Below, in pieces: positions 29,730 to 36,951 of a stretch of 64,000 bases of DNA. Numbering within the stretch: the stretch's first letter is position 1; each line of letters begins with the position of its first letter. Location: contig JAEZRQ010000002.1 of assembly GCA_023444045.1 (NCBI GenBank), positions 76,102-140,101 on the forward strand. Reading direction: 5' to 3'. The notes under the pieces are model-generated. The model saw only the letters and a list, made by a program, of their open reading frames with translations, had not been told where the DNA came from and searched no databases. Made by a program: the position numbers and the translations under genes. The stretch comes from Candidatus Parcubacteria bacterium. Lineage in GTDB: Bacteria > Patescibacteriota > Patescibacteriia > Patescibacteriales > UBA12465.

Positions 29730-32294
29730 TTATCTAGCAAAATAATCATCGTCATCACTTAAATCGTGTATCTTTTTTTCAGAAGTCTTTTCTTTATTAT
29801 CTTTAATTTCCTCTAAAATCTCTTCTTCGCTAGCAACTTCGTCCTCAGGGCCATCATCATCTAGCAAAAAATCAGGGACATCTTCACTTTCTGTTTCTAC
29901 TTCTATTTCCTCTTCATCCTCACTTTCAGTTTCATCTACCTCATCTTCAACTTCTTCTTCCTCCTCATCCTCTTCATTGTTAGACCCATTAAAGTGAAGC
30001 GTATCATCATTGCCTTCATCTAAATAAGATTCAGGGGCAACAGCCGAAGATCGGCTGTGAACTGGCATCCCGGAAATACCACCACTTTCATACTGCTCTT
30101 TACTAACTAATACTTCACGGGGCTTAGAACCATTAGAGGGACCAATAAAGCCGGACTCTTCTAACATGTCTAGTATTTTTGCTGCCCGGCCATAACCAAT
30201 TGATAATCTTCTTTGTAATAATGAAGTTGAAGCTCTTCCAGCAGCAATAATAATTTCTTTAGCTTGCTCCATCAGTTCATCTTCATCACCATAAGTGCCA
30301 TCCATGCCAACACCGGCAACACCGCCAACTTTTTGTCTGTCTGTTACGCCCTCTAAGTAATCCGGTTCGCCACTTTTTTCTTTTATATAATTAATGACAT
30401 CATTAATTTCTTCATCACTAACATAAGCGCCTTGAATACGTTTTGGTTTAGATAATTCTGAAGTAGAGAGCAACATATCACCCTGGCCAAGCAATTTTTC
30501 AGCGCCACTCATATCTAAAATAGTTTTAGAATCAACAATGGAGGTCACTGAAAAAGCAATACGGGCCGGAATATTAGCTTTAATTAAGCCAGTGATAACA
30601 TCAACGCTAGGTCTTTGGGTAGCTAGAATTAAGTGAATACCAACAGCCCGAGACATCTGCGCTAAACGAATAATAGCCGCTTCCATTTCTTTACCGGCGG
30701 TCATCATAAAGTCAGCAAGTTCATCAATAATAAATACGATGTAAGGTAATTTTTCTTTACTACTAGAATTGTAACTTTGAATATTTTTCTTACCACTTTT
30801 ATTTAAAATATCGTAGCGGTTATTCATTTCATTAAGACACCATTTTAGAGCATTAATGGTCTTAGATACATCGGTAATAACTGGCACCAGTAAGTGAGGA
30901 ATGCCATTATACACTGGAAGCTCCACTCTTTTAGGATCAACCATAATGAAGCGTAAATCTTCCGGATTATTTTGGTAAAGTAAACTAACAATAATTGTGT
31001 TGAGACAGACTGACTTACCAGAATTGGTCGCACCAGCAACTAATAAATGAGGCATACGGGTAATATCATAAATCCAAGAAGTACCAGAAACATCCTTACC
31101 AAGAGCAATCATTAAATTATGTTTGCGAGTTTTAAAAACATTATCTTCTAGAATTTCTCGGAGTCCAACCATCGCTTTAGTTTTATTTGGCACTTCAACT
31201 CCAACTAAAGATTGGCCCGGAATCGGTGCTTCAATACGAATTGGGTGAGCCGCTAAGGCCAGTGACAAGTCATTACTTAAAGTCGTAATCTTAGAAAGCT
31301 TAACGCCTTCAGCGGGTTTAAAAGTGTATTGCGTGACAGTCGGACCAACTTTAGTTTCCGACATTTCTACCGGAATACCAAAATTTTCCAAAGTCTTCTT
31401 AATTCTTGCTTCGCCCATTTTAGTGTCGCCACCAACCGCTTGTCCACTTTTGTGGTTTAGCAGCTCAATCGGAATATCAATCTTAATTTGCTTCTTAGGC
31501 CAAACTATTTTTTCTTGAACTTTGGGAGTGTTTTGTTTTAAAACGGCGGCTGTTGGGACTTCTTCCTCCTCCTCTTCATCATCTTCCTCAGTTTCCTCTT
31601 CGATAGCTTCTTCGCTCAATTCTTTCTTTGACCAAGAGCCTAAAATTTCTTCTCTAGCCTCATCAATAAATTCCTTAGCCCGATTACGAGGCTTTCTTTC
31701 ATTATCTTCCGCTGGAGTAAAAGCAATTTTAAATAATTTAACTAAAGGACTAAAAATAATAGCCAGAAAACTTTCGCGGCCGACTATTTTTGACAGTGAA
31801 GTATTAAAAACTAGAACTAAAGAAATTAAAAATAAACAAATTAGAATAATCACCCCACCCCAGAAACCAAAAAGATAATAGAAAGCTTGGCTGAGCCATA
31901 AACCGATATAACCACCGCCAACGCCAGTGGCTACCGTTTCTTGCCACTGTTCTTTATCAATAAAAAAATGAAATAGGGTTTGGTAGGAAATAAATAAAAT
32001 TACCAAACCAATGTAATCGCTAGCTTTAATTTCATATCTTTTATTACCAACTAGCAACATCCCCCAAAATAAAAAAACTAGCGGCACTAACCAGCGGCCA
32101 AAACCGAAGATTAAGGTTAACCATTTAGATAAGAAGACGCCGACAGCGCCAGAAGAATTAAATAGCCCGAGTAGACTAATAAGACCAACAGCAAAAACCA
32201 GCACAATTCCTAAACTGCGCTTCGCTCTTTCGTCTAAGTTTAAACTCGGCAAAGAAAGATAATCCAAATTACCGTCTTTTTTCTTTTTTCCCAT
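29730..32294 (-). CDS. ftsK: DNA translocase FtsK/SpoIIIE with acidic linker and acidic C-terminal tail
   Basis: N-terminal TM helices, Walker A GATNSGKS, and a gamma-domain-like LLQRRLSIGYGRAAKILDMLEESG. The poly-E/D linker and tail are extra. Confidence 0.9.
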   Translation of the reverse strand: MGKKKKDGNLDYLSLPSLNLDERAKRSLGIVLVFAVGLISLLGLFNSSGAVGVFLSKWLTLIFGFGRWLVPLVFLFWGMLLVGNKRYEIKASDYIGLVILFISYQTLFHFFIDKEQWQETVATGVGGGYIGLWLSQAFYYLFGFWGGVIILICLFLISLVLVFNTSLSKIVGRESFLAIIFSPLVKLFKIAFTPAEDNERKPRNRAKEFIDEAREEILGSWSKKELSEEAIEEETEEDDEEEEEEVPTAAVLKQNTPKVQEKIVWPKKQIKIDIPIELLNHKSGQAVGGDTKMGEARIKKTLENFGIPVEMSETKVGPTVTQYTFKPAEGVKLSKITTLSNDLSLALAAHPIRIEAPIPGQSLVGVEVPNKTKAMVGLREILEDNVFKTRKHNLMIALGKDVSGTSWIYDITRMPHLLVAGATNSGKSVCLNTIIVSLLYQNNPEDLRFIMVDPKRVELPVYNGIPHLLVPVITDVSKTINALKWCLNEMNNRYDILNKSGKKNIQSYNSSSKEKLPYIVFIIDELADFMMTAGKEMEAAIIRLAQMSRAVGIHLILATQRPSVDVITGLIKANIPARIAFSVTSIVDSKTILDMSGAEKLLGQGDMLLSTSELSKPKRIQGAYVSDEEINDVINYIKEKSGEPDYLEGVTDRQKVGGVAGVGMDGTYGDEDELMEQAKEIIIAAGRASTSLLQRRLSIGYGRAAKILDMLEESGFIGPSNGSKPREVLVSKEQYESGGISGMPVHSRSSAVAPESYLDEGNDDTLHFNGSNNEEDEEEEEVEDEVDETESEDEEEIEVETESEDVPDFLLDDDGPEDEVASEEEILEEIKDNKEKTSEKKIHDLSDDDDYFAR

Positions 32295-32329
32295 ATTTTT
32301 TATTATAGCAAAAATCCATAAAATAAAAA

Positions 32330-32430
32330 CTCCACCATGATCTTTAGAGCGATTTGAAAAGCAATGATAATTTCAAGGAGAGAGATTTTGAAAATATCTT
32401 CACTTCTCCGCTCTAAAGGTCGCGGCGGAG
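32330..32430. other. 101-nt element closed by a 22-bp imperfect inverted repeat (terminator/insulator-like or small structured RNA)
   Basis: ctccaccatgatctttagagcg … cgctctaaaggtcgcggcggag, with two internal small hairpins. U-runs follow on both strands (minus: UUUUUAUUUU). Confidence 0.4.
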
Positions 32431-32529
32431 TTTTATAGGTTTTCTAAATATGCTGATATGTTTATTATATCAGTTTTTCTTCTCTGAGACGACTAATTAT
32501 TAGAATTAATTAATCAGCTCGGAAAGGAA

Positions 32530-32553
32530 GCGGACAGTTGAACGACTGTCCGC
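32530..32553 (-). repeat. fourth copy of the GUUCAA-loop hairpin (no ribozyme attached), followed by UUCCUUUCC
   Basis: Minus strand reads GCGGACAG-UCGUUCAA-CUGUCCGC then UUCCUUUCC. The loop and trailing motif match the three cassette hairpins, but the stem sequence is completely different. Confidence 0.6.
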
Positions 32554-32575
32554 GATTTTAGAGTATTTTTAAGAG

Positions 32576-32956
32576 CTACTCTTTACTCTTTTTTTCTCTT
32601 TCTATGCGCCTTCGTTCGCAGAAGCGGCAGTTACCCTTGTGAACCATAGCCACGCCCCTGTCAACTTTAGTTACGATATATTCGCAGCCATCTAAATAGA
32701 TAACCTTGTATGATTCTGGGTTAAATCCATACCTATCAATATAATAAGGATATGTGATAGAATCACTTACTGCGACCATAGAATCACTTACTGCGACCAT
32801 AGAATCACTTACTACTTCTATAGTATTTATCTCCGCAGAATCATTCTTGTCTGACAAATATACCACCTTATACGACGGCACATCCGAACATCCCACACAA
32901 AAAAATGCTAAAATAAAAATTATATTTTTCATTTTTTTAATTTTTAAATTCTCCAA
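32576..32956 (-). CDS. small lipoprotein with VSDSMVA tandem repeat (probable true start ATG at 32932)
   Basis: MKNIIFILAFFCVGC is a lipobox-like signal. The track start at 32956 is a TTG. The basic C-terminus contains CRFC. Confidence 0.6.
   Translation of the reverse strand: MENLKIKKMKNIIFILAFFCVGCSDVPSYKVVYLSDKNDSAEINTIEVVSDSMVAVSDSMVAVSDSITYPYYIDRYGFNPESYKVIYLDGCEYIVTKVDRGVAMVHKGNCRFCERRRIEREKKSKE
32757..32815. repeat. 21-bp tandem repeat x ~2.8 inside the lipoprotein gene
   Basis: atagaatcacttactgcgacc occurs twice, followed by the partial copy atagaatcacttactac. It encodes the in-frame VSDSMVA repeats. Confidence 0.9.
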
Positions 32957-33063
32957 AGCACTATTGCCTGGATTATTCTGAAACTAATTAATTTAATAAG
33001 ATTCAAAATAATCCAAACAATAATTTGAGAATAAAAAATGAAAAGATTTTTTTTAAAGAACAT

Positions 33064-33116
33064 TTCCTTTTCGTCGTTTCCGACTCATCAGCCAAGATAC
33101 ACATCTTGGGAAGGAA
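33064..33116 (-). ncRNA. type III hammerhead self-cleaving ribozyme (copy A)
   Basis: Minus strand reads UUCCU-UC^CCAAGAU-GUGU-AUCUUGG-CUGAUGA-GUCG-GAAA-CGAC-GAAA-AGGAA. The full catalytic core is present (CUGAUGA, GAA, A15.1-U16.1, C17). Stems I and II are closed and stem III is open. Confidence 0.9.
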
Positions 33117-33222
33117 GAGCAGATTTGAACTATCTGCTCTCTATTAAACTATTTTATCCATCCGATTTCGCTCTTAGGATTTAAGGCGCTCAATTTAATG
33201 TCAAGAGGGGACAAAATAATAT
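33117..33222 (-). repeat. intergenic cassette A: conserved ~80-nt module + GUUCAA-loop hairpin
   Basis: The module starts immediately after the stop codon (TAG|ATATTATTTTGTCCCCTCTTGACATTAAATTGAGCGCCTTAAATCCTAAGAGCGAAATCGGATGGATAAAATA). The hairpin GAGCAGAU-AGUUCAA-AUCUGCUC follows. The module is near-identical to cassette B. Confidence 0.8.
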
Positions 33223-33366
33223 CTATTTTTTTCTTACTACCAAGGCAACAAAAATAATTGACACCACGGCTAATGGAATAACACTAAAATTGTTATTATA
33301 GCCCATGAGATAGTTTAAGCCCCACATGCAAGCAAGACCTAAGATAATAATTATTATTTTTTTCAT
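33223..33366 (-). CDS. 47-aa hydrophobic peptide (below ORF-track cutoff)
   Basis: MKKIIIIILGLACMWGLNYLMGYNNNFSVIPLAVVSIIFVALVVRKK*. The conserved cassette begins directly after its stop codon, exactly as it does after the 529-aa gene. Confidence 0.5.
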   Translation of the reverse strand: MKKIIIIILGLACMWGLNYLMGYNNNFSVIPLAVVSIIFVALVVRKK

Positions 33367-33412
33367 TTTATTTGCCTACTCTATTACAGGTTTTCGGCTT
33401 CCCCTGATTTTT

Positions 33413-36400
33413 TTATACTAGTCCGGCTCTGCGCAGAGCGTCGGCTAAGAGGCCATCGCTTGAAGTTTCGCTAGACTCACCATCCACCTCATCTTTACCT
33501 TCTTCATATTGGTAATTTCCAAAATGATAATCATATACATAATATTTGACATCATTTGGGTCGGCCCCTACGAAGAAATCTAAGCCACCAAGCTCCGTCA
33601 GGTGGTCGTACACTCGCGCCCGTCCGCAGTGCCCGACAATATGTTCGTCGAGTTTTTCGGCGGGAAGATTTTCTACATTCTTGACAAATTCAAGTGTGCG
33701 ATTTAAATCTCCACCGAAAGCGTTTAAAAGATAGCGAGGTAACTTGTTTCTTTTTTCAAGCTCCTCTCTTTCTTTTTGACGCACTTTGAACAATTGACTC
33801 AGCTCCGCAATCATTTCTTCTATCTCACGACAGATATTATTAACGTCCGTAAAATCACCTTTTTGCAAAGCTGATTTTACTTCCGAAAGCTGATTGCGAA
33901 TTTCGCGGATTTTCTCGGAAATAAGTTCAGGCTCAACCTCAGTTAAAGTTTTTTCAAAACTTTCTTCGGCATTAATAATTAAAGCATTAGCTTTCTCATA
34001 TTCAACACGAAGATTGTTTTTTATTTCCTCAGCTTTAGTTTCCATCCCTCCTACTCGCTCGGAAGAATTTTCAAGAGTTAACCCCTCTATCATTTCCATT
34101 CTAAGCATTTCAAGGTGATTTTTCAGCGCATTTCCCAGCTCGGTCAGCCCCCAACAATTACGAAAGATTTCTTCATTGGGGATCGTCAAAGCTTCAGAAA
34201 CTTGATTGTTAAAATTACTAACCAAATTTCTTTTCGCTCTTTCAATTTGCTCCTGACGAGCTTTTTCTATTCTTGCTCGGTGTTCACCCAAGGTTTGAGT
34301 ATAACCATCGCAAGAAAGTTTTAGCTCGCGACCACTGGGGAGCGAAACACTCTCCGGTTTGGTTTCAAAAATAAAATTTTCTGAGACCTCAATCTTGGCA
34401 ATAAAATCACCATAATAATGAGTATATACAACAGAAAATTCTTTATCTTCAATCTCTATAACTAAAGGATTTTTTTCCTCAATAGAAGCTATCTCCTCTG
34501 GTGAAATTAATTGAGATAAATTTATTCTTAAATCATCTTGACTTATCTCTTTCTCAAGGAGATTTTCAAGTTGAGTAAAACCAAGTACCTTCCAAGGCTC
34601 CAATACTTTGCAGTATTGTTCGCCAATAACTTCGCTATTGTTTTTTGATTCAATAGCTCCGCCACTACGCGCCCAATATGCATCATATTGGTTCATAATT
34701 TCTGTGTTATCATGATAGAGATTTCTTACAACTTCCGAAGAAGCGTATCTACTCATCATATTGTTCACAAAAATTTTGAAAGCCTCAGCGCTCCACGGAG
34801 CAGTCTTTGCCACCCGAGCAATTTCCATATCGTTAAAAACCGTAATATGGTCTTCAACAACACAATTTTGCTCATCATCCCAATGAAGGTTTTCAACCTT
34901 CTCTGAGACCAGATGTGGCGCCACTTCAGCTAACCAGGCTGGGTCCACTTTTGATGCCATACTTACCAAATTAAGAGTCATAGACCCTCTTCTGGTAGCA
35001 ATCTGCAGATCAAAAGGGATTCCTACGATCCAATCAGGAGTAGATCTCTCTACCACTGAACTAGACCCCAACTCACGGTCAGTGTCATCTCCGTTGCGAT
35101 ATGACCCATACTGGTTTTTATATAGATGGTCTACCATACCGGCACAAACAGCTTTCAGGATGTTTTCCCTTTTACCATTTGTACCAAAACGGAAATGTCC
35201 TTTCAAGGCCTCAGATAAAAGATGTCGAATTTCTTTGGCGCGATAAAAATCACGCAAAGCAATCCCTTTTTCTTTCATCTCGACTTCACTCATTGTGCGA
35301 GATATTTCCCACACTTTGAGCTGAGCCATGATGTCAGACTCTCTTTCATCCGGCACCATACCACGCCAATCTGGGCGGTCGGGTCGATTGCGACTCGGCG
35401 GAGGAACAGTAATGCCGTCCATCTCCATAATCGCAGCAACAGTCAAGACGTCACTTACGACGCCAAGACGATCAGCTTCAATTAACATCCGACCATATTT
35501 CACCGAAACCGGAAGCTTGTTTACCAAGCGACCAATTCCAGTTACCTTGCCTTCGCTAGTCATACAGCCCAAACCAATTAAGGTCTTGCGAGCATCACTG
35601 ATGTCTGATTTAGCGGGCTGATGGAAAAATTCCATCATCTCCATATCAAACCCAGCGATTGCCAGACGCAAAACTGTTTGGTCCAAGCGTTTACGCAGAA
35701 TCTCGGCCACCGGGAAGTCGGGCCTGTTTGAACTCGAGCAGTGATCAATATAGATTCCTGCTTTTGTTCTTCCTGCGCGCCCCTTTCTTTGCTTCGAATC
35801 GGCCAGTGAAATTGGTTTCAGGTATAAACCCTCAACTCCATCAACTAGCTCAATCCGACGTTCAAGTCCGGAATCCACGACGGCATCAATGTCATCAATT
35901 GTCACACTGGTTTGCGCAACATTTGTCGACACTACAACCTTCGGCTTACCATAGTGCGCAAAGCACTTGGCTTGCTCATCTGGTGTGAGTTGTCCGTGAA
36001 GTGGCAGGACTACCGCCGAAACATTCAACTGCGCCAGGCGGTTAATAGTCTCATTGATTTCCTGCTGTCCGGGTTGGAAAACCAGAACATTGTGACCTTC
36101 AGCAACTAAAGTTGCAACATCGGACTCAATGTTATAACCGGCCGTTTTTTCCTCAACCGTGAATGTTCGCCCTGGGACAGAAATGATTGGTGCATTATTA
36201 AAAAATGCACTCAACTTTTCCGACTCCAAAGTCGCACTCATGAGAACTACTTTCATAGTTGAGCCAGTGGCAATTTGAGATTTCACCCAGGCCACCAGAA
36301 CTTCCATGTTTTCGTTCCACTCATGCACCTCATCGAGGACGAGAATGCCTCGATTCTGACCCATAAGCTCACGCACAAGTGCGAGGCCATCGGTGCAAAA

Positions 36401-36688
36401 TAGACAACGGGTTGCGGAACTATCCGCTCGTTCTACCGCGGTGCGGTAGCCGATGGTAACCCCAATTTTTTCGCCCATCTCATAAGCCACGCGAGCAGCA
36501 ACAGAACGGGCGGCGAGTCGGCGGGGTTGAGTCACGACTAAGTCATAACCTGCCTCCAGCAAGTACTGCGGTACTTGCGTGGATTTCCCCGCTCCAGTTT
36601 CGGCCGTAATGACCGTTACTGGATTTTCTTTGATGCTCTTCAGAATCTCATTCCGAAACGCATCAATGGGTAATATTGTTTTTTTCAT
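33413..36688 (-). CDS. DEAH-box (HrpA/HrpB-like, SF2) ATP-dependent RNA helicase with long coiled-coil C-terminal extension
   Basis: Motifs I ETGAGKST, Ia TQPRRLAARSVA, II DEVH, III SAT, V TNVAQTSVTI and VI QRKGRAGR. About 450 aa of K/E-rich C-terminal region follow. Confidence 0.85.
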   Translation of the reverse strand: MKKTILPIDAFRNEILKSIKENPVTVITAETGAGKSTQVPQYLLEAGYDLVVTQPRRLAARSVAARVAYEMGEKIGVTIGYRTAVERADSSATRCLFCTDGLALVRELMGQNRGILVLDEVHEWNENMEVLVAWVKSQIATGSTMKVVLMSATLESEKLSAFFNNAPIISVPGRTFTVEEKTAGYNIESDVATLVAEGHNVLVFQPGQQEINETINRLAQLNVSAVVLPLHGQLTPDEQAKCFAHYGKPKVVVSTNVAQTSVTIDDIDAVVDSGLERRIELVDGVEGLYLKPISLADSKQRKGRAGRTKAGIYIDHCSSSNRPDFPVAEILRKRLDQTVLRLAIAGFDMEMMEFFHQPAKSDISDARKTLIGLGCMTSEGKVTGIGRLVNKLPVSVKYGRMLIEADRLGVVSDVLTVAAIMEMDGITVPPPSRNRPDRPDWRGMVPDERESDIMAQLKVWEISRTMSEVEMKEKGIALRDFYRAKEIRHLLSEALKGHFRFGTNGKRENILKAVCAGMVDHLYKNQYGSYRNGDDTDRELGSSSVVERSTPDWIVGIPFDLQIATRRGSMTLNLVSMASKVDPAWLAEVAPHLVSEKVENLHWDDEQNCVVEDHITVFNDMEIARVAKTAPWSAEAFKIFVNNMMSRYASSEVVRNLYHDNTEIMNQYDAYWARSGGAIESKNNSEVIGEQYCKVLEPWKVLGFTQLENLLEKEISQDDLRINLSQLISPEEIASIEEKNPLVIEIEDKEFSVVYTHYYGDFIAKIEVSENFIFETKPESVSLPSGRELKLSCDGYTQTLGEHRARIEKARQEQIERAKRNLVSNFNNQVSEALTIPNEEIFRNCWGLTELGNALKNHLEMLRMEMIEGLTLENSSERVGGMETKAEEIKNNLRVEYEKANALIINAEESFEKTLTEVEPELISEKIREIRNQLSEVKSALQKGDFTDVNNICREIEEMIAELSQLFKVRQKEREELEKRNKLPRYLLNAFGGDLNRTLEFVKNVENLPAEKLDEHIVGHCGRARVYDHLTELGGLDFFVGADPNDVKYYVYDYHFGNYQYEEGKDEVDGESSETSSDGLLADALRRAGLV

Positions 36689-36794
36689 TTTTTTATTTTT
36701 TTGGTTTTATCAACTACTCAGTAATTTGAGTAACTAATAGAGCCAAAAAAATAGGTAAAATGATAAACCTACTAACTATTTATTTTTTAACGTT

Positions 36795-36847
36795 CTCCTT
36801 TTCGTCGTTTCCGACTCATCAGCTAGGATGCACATCCTAGGAAGGAA
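36795..36847 (-). ncRNA. type III hammerhead self-cleaving ribozyme (copy B)
   Basis: UUCCU-UC^CUAGGAU-GUGC-AUCCUAG-CUGAUGA-GUCG-GAAA-CGAC-GAAA-AGGAG. Stem I has two compensatory base-pair changes relative to copy A. Confidence 0.9.
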
Positions 36848-36951
36848 GAGCAAGTTTGAACGACTTGCTCTTTTTTGAACTTATTTTATCCATCCGATTT
36901 CGCTCTTAGGATTTAAAGCGCTCAATTTAATGTCGAGAGGGGACAAAATAT
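36848..36951 (-). repeat. intergenic cassette B: conserved ~80-nt module + GUUCAA-loop hairpin
   Basis: TAA|ATATTTTGTCCCCTCTCGACATTAAATTGAGCGCTTTAAATCCTAAGAGCGAAATCGGATGGATAAAATA, then the hairpin GAGCAAGU-CGUUCAA-ACUUGCUC (compensatory relative to A). Confidence 0.8.

Noticed and set aside
31522-31878. 118-aa Ser-rich plus-strand ORF
   Set aside because: It is the antisense reading of the ftsK poly-Glu/Asp codons (GAA/GAG read as TTC/CTC) and lies entirely inside ftsK.
33117-33139. Reading the GUUCAA hairpins as plus-strand rho-independent terminators (copy B is followed by TTTTTT on the plus strand)
   Set aside because: No plus-strand gene lies upstream of any copy. Only copy B has a good U-run. 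The hairpins are physically fused to minus-strand hammerhead stem III and to minus-strand stop codons.
33140-33222. Partial resemblance of the conserved module (…CGGAUGGAUAAAAUAG…AGAG) to the AAGC…AUAAAAG…GAG segment of twister ribozymes
   Set aside because: Only a short A-rich stretch is similar. I cannot build the twister double pseudoknot or find the conserved AAGCNCC element. The idea is kept only as something a covariance-model scan could exclude.
33750-34700. The low-GC segment inside the otherwise GC-rich helicase gene as evidence of a chimeric gene
   Set aside because: The segment encodes K/E/N/I-rich coiled-coil-like sequence whose codons are inherently AT-rich. Amino-acid composition explains the dip without invoking recombination.
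33546-36109. Eleven plus-strand ORFs (62-109 aa) inside the helicase gene
   Set aside because: They are antisense to a long motif-bearing CDS in a GC-rich region where stop codons are rare. Their translations are low-complexity with no starts in good context.
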